A DNA stretch of 64,000 nt, taken from the NCBI GenBank assembly GCA_963663165.1, contig OY760175.1, positions 576,001 through 640,000 of the forward strand, given 5' to 3'. Below, one piece after another: positions 1-7,918 of the stretch. This DNA is from an uncultured Desulfospira sp. Its GTDB lineage: Bacteria > Desulfobacterota > Desulfobacteria > Desulfobacterales > Desulfobacteraceae. The notes under the pieces are model-generated. The model saw only the letters and a program-made list of their open reading frames with translations, did no database searches and was not told where the DNA came from. The position numbers and the translations under genes are program-made. Within the stretch, counting starts at the first letter, position 1; each line of letters opens with the position of its first letter.

Positions 1-1
1 T

Positions 2-895
2 TTAGGGAAAAATACAGATAATACAACGTATAAAGATTATAAAAAGATGATCAAAAAAGAGGAACTGGATGCTGTTATCATCTGTGTTCCCAATGCGCTG
101 CATTTTGATATTGCAAAATACTGCATGGAACAGCAGCTTGATGTGTTTATCGAAAAACCCTTTACCTTAAGCGTTGCAGAAAGTTTCGAATTATGTAAGA
201 TCGCATCTAAAAATAATATTAAAGGGCAGGTCGGTTATGTAAACCGGTTTAATCCGGTTTTTCAGAAAGTAAAAACACTGCTTGAAGAAAAAGTGATCGG
301 CGAACCGGTCAGTTATGTGAATAAGATGATCGGTGGTGTTATTTTAAAGAAAAACAGCAAAGGATGGAGAAACGACTATACACAGGGAGGAGGGTGCTTG
401 TTCGATTATGGGCCTCACTGTTTTGATCTTTCAACATATTTTTTTGGTACAAAGGTGAAAGTTAGTTTTTCGTTCCTGGCAAAGGTTTTTTCAACAAATG
501 TTGATGATATCGTTTCCGCTACCTTTTTGCATGAAGACAAGGTGGTTGGATATAATTACATCAATTGGTCTGATGCCTCTGCCAGGAAGGCCAGCAACAC
601 CATTGAAATAGCAGGAACACAGGGAAAGATAGTCGCCAACAAACAGGAAATAAGCGTATTTGTCTCTCAGGGCGGTATTTCAGGCATGAAAGAAGGCTGG
701 AACCAATGCTATATAACTGATGAAAATACTGATATTCCATATTATCTTAGGGGAGAAGATTTTTCAAACCAGATGATGGAGTTTTCTGACTTAATCAATG
801 GAAAAATTGAATGTTCAATATCGCCTTTTGAAAGTGCATTGGTGACAGATCAATTGCTTGATGAGGTTTTTAAAAGAGCCGGAGGTGAAAAATAA
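2..895 (+). CDS. Gfo/Idh/MocA family oxidoreductase (5' end truncated by window edge)
   Basis: Frame is open from base 2; motifs DAVIICVPNALH, VFIEKP, VGYVNRF, GGGCLFDYGPH. Confidence 0.85.
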   Translation, partial: LGKNTDNTTYKDYKKMIKKEELDAVIICVPNALHFDIAKYCMEQQLDVFIEKPFTLSVAESFELCKIASKNNIKGQVGYVNRFNPVFQKVKTLLEEKVIGEPVSYVNKMIGGVILKKNSKGWRNDYTQGGGCLFDYGPHCFDLSTYFFGTKVKVSFSFLAKVFSTNVDDIVSATFLHEDKVVGYNYINWSDASARKASNTIEIAGTQGKIVANKQEISVFVSQGGISGMKEGWNQCYITDENTDIPYYLRGEDFSNQMMEFSDLINGKIECSISPFESALVTDQLLDEVFKRAGGEK

Positions 896-1752
896 TGGAC
901 AGAATTATATTTGGCGATAACCAATTTTTTGGTGTAAACCACATGTCCGAACAGGCGTCAATCCGGCAGTCCCAAAAATACAGAACGCCGGGTGATATAT
1001 ATATGACCCTTGAATATGTGAATAAGATCGGCATCAAAACCTTTATGTTTACAACACATGATATGCTTGAACCTGTTTTTGACAAGATAAGAGAAAACGA
1101 GGAATTTTCTGATTTCAAGCTGGTTCCCTGTATGCCATATGCCCATAAATATGCAAATGCAATGGTTGAACAGGGAATTTTTGAGGCTGTGAATAAATTC
1201 GTACCGGGAAATAAGATCATTTCGGGTTTTAAAGGTTTGAAAGCAGCGGTATCATCAGATCCTGTACCGATTATGAAGTTGCTGGTAGATTCAGAGATGA
1301 AGCAGTTTAAAGGTTTGAATGTTGAGGCTGTTTTTTTACTCAATATTGTTACCGATCTTTTGATGGGTATGGGAATGCATAATATATTTTATGAATTTTC
1401 AAAATATGTTGAAGAACAATATGGAGTCAAAGCAGGTTTTTTTACAATGAACTATGTCATGCTCAAAGATATTCTGGTTAATAACTTGGGCATTGAAAAA
1501 CCATTGATTTGTTCAAATTTTAACAAAATTGGGTTCCGGATGAACCCCTCTAAAGCGGCGGTTGAAAAAAGCCTTAGAGAAAAGAACAGCTTCACCATTG
1601 CCATGTCCATTCTTGCATCAGGTGCAGTCAAACCAGAGGAAGCCGTAGAATATATCGGCAGTCTGGATGGGAATGTAGACGCAGTTTTATTCGGAGCTTC
1701 TTCCCCGGTGCACATCAAGGAAACCAAAGAGCTTTTAGAAAAAATGATATAG
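895..1752 (+). CDS. Hypothetical protein in polysaccharide locus (possibly aldo/keto-reductase-like barrel)
   Basis: 285-aa ORF coupled to upstream gene (TAATG overlap, GGAGG RBS); N-terminal IIFGDNQFFG and C-terminal AMSILASG...VLFGASS only loosely resemble AKR-like proteins. Confidence 0.55.
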   Translation: MDRIIFGDNQFFGVNHMSEQASIRQSQKYRTPGDIYMTLEYVNKIGIKTFMFTTHDMLEPVFDKIRENEEFSDFKLVPCMPYAHKYANAMVEQGIFEAVNKFVPGNKIISGFKGLKAAVSSDPVPIMKLLVDSEMKQFKGLNVEAVFLLNIVTDLLMGMGMHNIFYEFSKYVEEQYGVKAGFFTMNYVMLKDILVNNLGIEKPLICSNFNKIGFRMNPSKAAVEKSLREKNSFTIAMSILASGAVKPEEAVEYIGSLDGNVDAVLFGASSPVHIKETKELLEKMI

Positions 1753-1862
1753 ATGTCACGATCCTTTTGGTCTCTATTATAGGCTAACTCACAACAAAAA
1801 TTGAAAGTCCCGGCCTTTTTTACAAGGACTTTCATATTTAAATTTAAGAAAAGTCTGTCTTT

Positions 1863-3416
1863 ATGAAATTTTCTGATTCAATAAAATCCGGATATGTCAT
1901 TGTGATTGGTATCTACACGGTGCTGTGTATATTCCTTTATCAGTCTGCAGCAGCTAATCTGCTCAAATGGTGGAAAAAGGATGATTATTCCTATTGCTAT
2001 CTAATACCTTTCATTGTTTTATATCTGCTCTGGGAAAAGAAGAATTCCTTTGCTGTTGAAACTATCCGGCCTCAGTGGCGGGGGATGATTCCATTTTTAT
2101 TGGGCATTGTGTTTTACTGGCTCGGAGAGTTGGGAGGGGAGTTTTATTCACTTTATTTATCCTTCTGGCTGGTCATCTTTGGCCTTTGCGTTATGCTAAT
2201 GGGAATGGATAAAGTCAAAACCATTATCTTCCCTTTATGTATGATCTTTACCATGTTTCCGCTTCCCAATTTCATTAATAACAGGATTACCCTGCAACTG
2301 AAGATCCTTTCAACGAAACTTGGCGTGTTAATGATGCAGGCCTATGGCATGAGCGCGTACCGGGAAGGCAATGTCATAGATCTTGGCTTTACTCAGCTTC
2401 AAGTGGTGGATGCCTGTTCGGGCCTGAGATATCTGTTTCCAATGATTGTGCTAAGTATTCTGGTTGCCTATTTTTATCCGGCCCGGTTTTGGAAACGGCT
2501 TATTGTTGTTGTATCTTCGCTTCCTTTAACTATTCTTAGCAACAGTCTCAGGATTGCATTGACAGGGATTTTATCTGAAAAATTTGGTGCAAAAGTGGTG
2601 GAAGGGTTTTTCCATGATTTTGAAGGTATCCTGATATTTATGTTCACCCTTGGGATATTGCTTTTAGAAATCTGGATTATTAGGCTGATATTCCCTGAGC
2701 CTAAGAAAATTCAAGATGACACCTCGATTGTGGAAACTGAATTAGTTGAGGCTGTTGGAAAAGAAAAAGGGACATCTTTAAAATCGCCTAAGTTTGTTGT
2801 TTCTGTCGTTTTGTTGGTCTTGACAATTGGCTTGTCCCAAGGAATTGAATTCAGGGAAGCTATCCCTATAAGTCAGTCTTTTGATAAGTTTCCAAAGACC
2901 ATCGGGGAATGGAGCGGAGAGCGGCAATTGATGGAGAAAAGGTTCATTGATGAACTGGACCTGAGTGACTATTTCATGGCCGATTACAAAACTGGAGATG
3001 GAAAGGCAGTCAATTTTTATGTGGCCTATTATGAAAGCCAGCGAAAAGGGGAGTCTATCCATTCTCCGGCGACCTGTCTTCGGGGCGGGGGTTGGGATTT
3101 TAAACAGGCCGGGAGCCGGAATATTACCCTGGAAGATGGAACGGTCATGCCGGCAAACCGGGCTTTGATTGAAAAGGCACCGGTTAAGCAATTGTCTTAC
3201 TACTGGTTTCCCTGCCGGGGACGGATTTTGACCAATGCATATCAGATGAAAATTTATAACTTCTGGGATGCCCTGACACGGCAGCGGACGGATGGGGCTT
3301 TGGTCCGGGTGATTACACTGGTGTATGAAGATGAAACGATAGAAGATGCTGAAAAACGGATACAGGGGTTTATTTCTGATGTTCAGCCGGTGTTGCGGAC
3401 TTTTTTGCCGGAGTGA
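1863..3416 (+). CDS. xrtD: Exosortase with C-terminal EpsI domain (XrtD-like)
   Basis: Multi-TM N-terminal half with VVDACSGLRY catalytic Cys motif, NSLRI and FHDF; EpsI-type C-terminus (YYESQR..SIHSPATCL, RTDGALVRV). Subtype D inferred from architecture and neighbours. Confidence 0.8.
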   Translation: MKFSDSIKSGYVIVIGIYTVLCIFLYQSAAANLLKWWKKDDYSYCYLIPFIVLYLLWEKKNSFAVETIRPQWRGMIPFLLGIVFYWLGELGGEFYSLYLSFWLVIFGLCVMLMGMDKVKTIIFPLCMIFTMFPLPNFINNRITLQLKILSTKLGVLMMQAYGMSAYREGNVIDLGFTQLQVVDACSGLRYLFPMIVLSILVAYFYPARFWKRLIVVVSSLPLTILSNSLRIALTGILSEKFGAKVVEGFFHDFEGILIFMFTLGILLLEIWIIRLIFPEPKKIQDDTSIVETELVEAVGKEKGTSLKSPKFVVSVVLLVLTIGLSQGIEFREAIPISQSFDKFPKTIGEWSGERQLMEKRFIDELDLSDYFMADYKTGDGKAVNFYVAYYESQRKGESIHSPATCLRGGGWDFKQAGSRNITLEDGTVMPANRALIEKAPVKQLSYYWFPCRGRILTNAYQMKIYNFWDALTRQRTDGALVRVITLVYEDETIEDAEKRIQGFISDVQPVLRTFLPE

Positions 3417-3525
3417 GAAATGGGATATGAGACTTGGGATTTGGGGTATGGGGTGTTGGGTTTCGCTGCGCTCTACCCAACCTACGGGTTGCGGTTATGT
3501 TACAAACAATATGCGCCATTGATTA

Positions 3526-3554
3526 TTGAACAATGAGGCTGTCATCTGTATATT
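3526..3554 (+). promoter_or_regulatory. Putative sigma70 promoter of first TA pair
   Basis: TTGAAC-17 bp-TATATT followed by AAGGAG RBS before ATG 3576. Confidence 0.5.
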
Positions 3555-3575
3555 CAAATAAAAAAAGGAGATGAC

Positions 3576-3809
3576 ATGGAAGGCATATCAGAAAAAATAT
3601 ATGAACAAGCAATCAATCTTCCCATAGATGAACGGCTTATACTTATAGATAGGTTGCTGATTAGTACCAATTTACCGACTCAAAAAGATATTGATCTGGC
3701 ATGGTCAGCCGAAGTTGAACGCCGTTGCCAAGCACTTGACCGTGGAGAAGCAAGACTTATCTCCGGAGAGGAGGTCTTTGAAAAAATTCGGAAGCGATTT
3801 TCAAAATGA
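3576..3809 (+). CDS. Addiction module antitoxin (TIGR02574-like)
   Basis: 77 aa, LPIDERLILIDRL...AWSAEVERR...GEEVF pattern; ATGA overlap with downstream toxin. Confidence 0.8.
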   Translation: MEGISEKIYEQAINLPIDERLILIDRLLISTNLPTQKDIDLAWSAEVERRCQALDRGEARLISGEEVFEKIRKRFSK

Positions 3810-4093
3810 GATTCAGCTTTCATGAAATTGCTGAAAAAGAATTTATTGACGCCATTGAATATTACGAAGAATGCCAGGCCGGGTTAGGCTTGAGATTCTC
3901 TGAAGAAGTTTTCGCCACAATTGAACGAGTATGTGAGCATCCATATGCTTGGACAGGGATTGATGCAAAAACCAGGCGTTGCCTCACAAACAAGTTCCCG
4001 TACGGAATTCTTTATCGGATAGTTAACAACCACATCAGGATTATGGCGGTAATGCATCTGCATAGAAAGCCGGACTACTGGAAAAGTAGATAA
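3806..4093 (+). CDS. RelE/ParE family toxin
   Basis: 95 aa, AEKEFIDAIEYY...RRCLTNKFPYGILY...IMAVMHLHRKPDYW typical of ParE-like toxins. Confidence 0.85.
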   Translation: MRFSFHEIAEKEFIDAIEYYEECQAGLGLRFSEEVFATIERVCEHPYAWTGIDAKTRRCLTNKFPYGILYRIVNNHIRIMAVMHLHRKPDYWKSR

Positions 4094-4302
4094 AAAGTGG
4101 CGGTGTAAATGAGGTGCTTGAATATATTAAACTGAATCCTGGGAAAAATACACGGCAGATACAGCAGGCGTTAAATATTCCTCGAAGAACTTTGGAGCGG
4201 ATGCCAAAAGAACTGAGGGATAAGAAGTCGATTGAGTTTCGGGGAACCCCTAAAGTTGGTGGTTATTTCTTTGTTATTGAGGTATCAATGTCATTAACTT
4301 AA
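4094..4302 (+). pseudogene. Orphan C-terminal winged-HTH fragment (end of a Fic or ATP-binding-type protein)
   Basis: Reads KSGGVNEVLEYIKLNPG...IPRRTLER..KEL....IEFRGTPKVGGYF, a C-terminal wHTH tail, with no N-terminal domain. Confidence 0.55.
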
Positions 4303-4493
4303 GCATCGAGGATGTTATTTGCAGGTCTCCTTTGAATTTAGAAGATTTAAAAATGCCACCAGGAAATATGTTCGAGGCACTAAAGGGAGACCGAAAAGGG
4401 ACTTATAGTATACGAATCAATGATCAATATAGAGTCTGTTTTAAATGGTCAGAATCGGCCCCTGATTTTGTAGAGATAACCGACTATTATTAA
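4281..4493 (+). pseudogene. higB: HigB (plasmid maintenance killer) toxin, N-terminally damaged; not in ORF track
   Basis: Manual translation LNLEDLKMPPGNMFEALKGDRKGTYSIRINDQYRVCFKW...VEITDYY*; in-frame TGA just before 4281 and the RBS-associated ATG at 4288 is in another frame. Confidence 0.8.
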
Positions 4494-4494
4494 T

Positions 4495-4641
4495 TAGTGT
4501 TTGAACGAAAAGTCACCCATCTGCTGTGTTGCAGGAAAAGTTGCAATCCTCACAACCCCATGGTTGCTCCGGTTGCAACTTTTCCTGCGCCTTGCATCTG
4601 GGCAACTTTTCGTCCAAACACGGGTTTCCGTTCAGGCACTA
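4495..4641 (+). mobile_element. MITE-like element, copy 1 (between higB and higA)
   Basis: Imperfect terminal inverted repeats TAGTGTTTGAACGAAAA / TTTCCGTTCAGGCACTA, TA at both ends, long internal inverted repeat; second copy at 40809-40979. Confidence 0.75.
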
Positions 4642-4655
4642 ATTATGAGGTGAGT

Positions 4656-4973
4656 ATGATTAGAATACCAACACATAGAGAGCCTACTCATCCAGGCGAA
4701 ATGCTAATTGAAGAGTTTTTAACCCCGATGGGAATAATCCAAAAGGAACTGGCAAATTCAATACATGTTCCATATCAAAGGGTTAATGAAATTGTAAAAG
4801 GTAAGAGAGGCATAACGCCGAGCACAGCCCTTCGATTGGCAAAATTTTTTGGAATCTCGGAAGATTTCTGGATGAATTTACAATTAAGATGGGATTTGTA
4901 TCAGGCAAAGTTAACTGAAAGTAATGAACTGAAAAATATTAAAACCTACTGCGTACCCGAGTTACAGTCATAA
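4656..4973 (+). CDS. higA: HigA family antitoxin (XRE-HTH)
   Basis: PTHPGEMLIEEFL...VNEIVKGKRGITPSTALRLAKFFG.SEDFWMNLQ; start ATG 4656 after GAGGTGA (track start 4497 lies inside the MITE). Confidence 0.9.
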   Translation: MIRIPTHREPTHPGEMLIEEFLTPMGIIQKELANSIHVPYQRVNEIVKGKRGITPSTALRLAKFFGISEDFWMNLQLRWDLYQAKLTESNELKNIKTYCVPELQS

Positions 4974-4981
4974 AATAATAT

Positions 4982-5092
4982 GCCCAACTACGCGATATAT
5001 CGATTATTGTTACCAGGAATGGCAATGATTTTAGAGGGTCTGAATTGGATGTTTATTCACCCGAAACGTTTGTTGAGCGTTATGGGAAGTGA
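4982..5092 (+). pseudogene. C-terminal fragment of a PIN-domain protein; not in ORF track
   Basis: Manual translation DISIIVTRNGNDFRGSELDVYSPETFVERYGK* matches the IVTRNxxDF...VxSPxxF PIN tail. Confidence 0.65.
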
Positions 5093-5122
5093 GGTAATGG
5101 GGGCTCTTGATTTAGATTACTT

Positions 5123-5305
5123 GAACGACAACCGACAGACTGAGCTTTGATCCGGGTGATTATCCTGGTGGAATCCACTGATGATGCTGAAAGAAGGGGG
5201 CAGGGGTTTATTTCTGATGTTCAGCCAGTGTTGCGGACTTTTTTGCCGGAGTGAGAAATGGGATATGGGGTGTTGGGTTTCGTTGCGCTCTACCTAACTT
5301 ACGGG
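5123..5305 (+). repeat. Diverged direct copy of the exosortase 3' end plus downstream REP (partner 3277-3488)
   Basis: Translates RQPTD*ALIRVIILV-ESTDDAERRGQGFISDVQPVLRTFLPE* versus RQRTDGALVRVITLVYEDETIEDAEKRIQGFISDVQPVLRTFLPE*. Confidence 0.92.
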
Positions 5306-5429
5306 GTTACACAAAGTGGTCCGACTACATAGAGTGTGGTCATGTTGACAAAATGATCTATATTAATGATATATTAGGTATTGAAGGAATAGAAACCGTA
5401 ATGAACAATTTATTCTTGAGAGCTGATAC

Positions 5430-5705
5430 ATGCCCGAGCGAATAATACATATAAATTCCCCGGTAAAAGAAAATATTCTACTGTCAATAAAAGAAACAAA
5501 GGATGAATTCACAAAAAACGTTCTGTTTTTATCTGCGTTACATTTCTATAGGAATCGGCGTTTATCATTAGGGAAGGCGGCCGAGTTGGCAGGTTACACA
5601 AGAATTGAGTTTATCGAGAGACTCAAACAGGAGAAAGAATATATTTTTGATTATAGTGATGATGAAATGGATGAAATTTTTTCCGACGCAAAAAAGATAA
5701 AATGA
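5430..5705 (+). CDS. UPF0175 family antitoxin-like protein
   Basis: ALHFY....LSLGKAAELAGYTRIEFIERL motif; ATGA overlap with next ORF. Confidence 0.8.
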   Translation: MPERIIHINSPVKENILLSIKETKDEFTKNVLFLSALHFYRNRRLSLGKAAELAGYTRIEFIERLKQEKEYIFDYSDDEMDEIFSDAKKIK

Positions 5706-5896
5706 AGATTGTGTCGAATACCACGCCAATTATCTCTTTAGCCTCAATCGGGCAGCTTAATATATTTTTGTTAATTGCCAAAGAAAAGAATATAATCAAA
5801 TCCACAAAGCCATTGCTTGATGAGATGATTTCAAAGGGTCGATGGTATTCAAAAACGGTCTATCTACAATTTCTTGAACGGGCCGGCGAGATGTAG
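5702..5896 (+). pseudogene. DUF3368-type PIN protein with large internal deletion
   Basis: N-terminus MKIVSNTTPIISLASIGQL joined directly to C-terminal LLIAKEKNII....LLDEM...G.W.S..VY..L..AGE; 64 aa, PIN core absent. Confidence 0.75.
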
Positions 5897-6044
5897 ATTT
5901 ATTCACTTTTTATGGGATTTCCTGTTTTAATATCAAAAAAACCAAGAGCATGAAACATATCTTGCTCGGAGCGGGCTATGTCCGCGAATCGCGGGCATGG
6001 CCCGCTCCTACCCAAATTGGTGTTTATTTTTCTGTTATTGAGAT

Positions 6045-6310
6045 AGATGGGAAGCCGGAATGAGAACCGGGACATGGGACTTGGGGCTTGGATTCAACCC
6101 CTTCGGGATTTCATGGTTTTAAACTACAGAGGGCACGGAAGGTTTGGCTTGCGCTAAACTGCACAGAGGGTGGGGCCGGCGTCGATAGTCCGGCTACAAG
6201 AGGGTGTTCATGATGATAAAGGGAACGGATAGATATCAGGGCATTAAGATGCTTTGTTTACAAAAGTGTCCGACTGGCGCATCTTGGTGTGTATAGGGAG
6301 GTGTATGATG
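6045..6310 (+). repeat. Leader repeat L1 (promoter, RBS and ATG of a TA pair)
   Basis: Aligns along its length with 7079-7310; contains TTTACA-17-CATCTT (6257-6285) and GGGAGGTG RBS. Confidence 0.92.
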
Positions 6311-6661
6311 AAAACAGGCATTGCCGATTCCGTCAAAATAAATGACAAATACGCTCAGATTTTATCAACCTTTGACGTTGATTTGCAATCTGCGGTTGAT
6401 GATGCGCTACAAAAGTATTTGATTGAGCAGATAAGAATAAAAATCGTTACCTTGAAACAAAAAGTCAGCGTTTTTAAAAAAAAATATGGATGTGATTATG
6501 AAACATTCCATAAAAAAATATCAGAGGATGAAGCATATGTGAATCAAGTTGAATGCAACATTGATAAAATGTGGGAAACCGATCTGTTTGAGTGGGAATT
6601 ATGCCATAAAGGGATTAAGGATTGGACAGATCAACTTCAGAATGTTTTGATAATGTTGTAA
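6308..6661 (+). CDS. Hypothetical antitoxin-like protein
   Basis: Start after GGGAGGTG (ATG 6305 or 6308); FKKKYGCDYETF...DLFEWE pattern seen in small TA partner proteins; overlaps next ORF. Confidence 0.55.
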   Translation: MKTGIADSVKINDKYAQILSTFDVDLQSAVDDALQKYLIEQIRIKIVTLKQKVSVFKKKYGCDYETFHKKISEDEAYVNQVECNIDKMWETDLFEWELCHKGIKDWTDQLQNVLIML

Positions 6662-7014
6662 AAGCTGCGCACCAAATTTTTCAAGAACTTGATTATGATC
6701 TGGATGTGACACCTGTCCGGTCAATATTAAATATCAAGTGCCGGTATGGGGCATATACGGTTTTTATTTCAGAATTGTTCAGCGACAATACACGAAAATA
6801 CAGTTATTATGTGTTACATGAAAATTGGGTTGAAGCCGGCTTTGACAATGCGCCGGATCCCAGGGCTATTCGGCTCAAATATGGTAGAATTGGTAAAGAG
6901 CATGCCGGACAGAATATTTCCCATTTACATCTGGAAAATAAAACAAAAATTGAGTTAACTCCTGAAATATCATTTTTTGATTTCGTTGAGTGGATTCAAA
7001 ATAACCTTTCTTAA
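6622..7014 (+). CDS. DUF6516/TumE-like putative toxin
   Basis: RKYSYYV.....AGFDNAPD......SHLH resembles the YxY...DNA...HxH signature; family call tentative. Confidence 0.5.
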   Translation: MDRSTSECFDNVVKAAHQIFQELDYDLDVTPVRSILNIKCRYGAYTVFISELFSDNTRKYSYYVLHENWVEAGFDNAPDPRAIRLKYGRIGKEHAGQNISHLHLENKTKIELTPEISFFDFVEWIQNNLS

Positions 7015-7078
7015 GATAGCTGTTCAATCTAAAGTTCTTGGGCTTGCAAAGGCAGAGACTGCTGACCACCGCAGAGCC

Positions 7079-7310
7079 AGATGGGAAGCCGGAATGAGAA
7101 CCGGAACATGGGACTTGGGCTTGGATTCAATCCCCTTTGGTATTTCATGGTTTTAAACCACAGAGGACACCGAGGTTTGGCTGTCGCCAAACTGCACAGG
7201 AGGGTGTTCATGATGATAAAGGGAAGGGACAGATATCAGGGCATTAAGATGCTTTGTTGACAAAAGTGCTTGAGTGGCGCATCTTGGTGTGTATGGGGAG
7301 GTGTATTATG
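7079..7310 (+). repeat. Leader repeat L2 (promoter, RBS and ATG of vapBC)
   Basis: Copy of 6045-6310 lacking a ~34-bp segment; TTGACA-17-CATCTT at 7257-7285. Confidence 0.92.
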
Positions 7311-7508
7311 AGAACCAATGTAGTATTAGATGACCGGTTGATTCAGGAGGCCCTGGCCTTAAGCGGATTAAAAACTAAAAAAGATATTATTTCAATGGCA
7401 CTGCAGGAATTTGTTGATTCCCGGAAAAGGAAAAACTTGCTGGAACTTTCGGGGAAAATTGAATTCCGCCATGATTATGATTATAAAGCCCTCCGACAGG
7501 ACAAATGA
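7308..7508 (+). CDS. vapB: VapB family antitoxin
   Basis: MRTNVVLDDRLIQEALALSGLKTKKDII..AL.EFV motif; ATGA overlap with PIN toxin. Confidence 0.85.
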   Translation: MRTNVVLDDRLIQEALALSGLKTKKDIISMALQEFVDSRKRKNLLELSGKIEFRHDYDYKALRQDK

Positions 7509-7891
7509 TACTTGTCGATACGTCAGTTCTGATCGATTTCTTTAAAGGTGTTTCAAACCCCTCAACCGATAGCTTAAGAAGGATTATTGAACAGCAGATT
7601 CCCTTTGGGATTACCTCTGTCATTTATCAGGAAATTTTGCAGGGGGCCAAAGATCGAAAAGAATATAATCTCTTGAATGAATACCTGGAATGCCAAAAAT
7701 TTTTTCATCCTTTAGACCTGATAGGCTCTTATGCGCAAGCCGCTATAATATATTTTTCCTGCAGAAAAAAAGGAATCACCATTAGAAGCACAATTGACTG
7801 CCTGATTGCTCAAGTTGCTATTGAGCATGGCCCGCTCCTACCCAAAATCAAAATCGGTTTCAAGATTCGTTACAAATTGTGCATAGGATAA
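7505..7891 (+). pseudogene. vapC: VapC PIN toxin, C-terminus replaced at a REP junction
   Basis: MILVDTSVLIDFF...EILQG...STIDCLIAQVAIEH, then homology stops at 7825-7830 where REP sequence begins; the final HxDxDF-type acidic motif is missing. Confidence 0.75.
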
Positions 7892-7918
7892 GGGAGATTG
7901 GTCCGGCGTTGCTGAACC

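Noticed and set aside
4497..4655. 53-aa N-terminal extension of HigA in the ORF track
   Set aside because: It is read-through of the MITE; a good RBS precedes ATG 4656.
5251..5445. 64-aa ORF MRNGIWGVG
   Set aside because: It starts inside the duplicated exosortase stop junction and translates REP sequence.
6257..7308. Exactly 1000-bp offset between the L1 and L2 promoters and ATGs
   Set aside because: Treated as coincidence; other modules differ in length and the copies are diverged, which argues against an assembly artefact.
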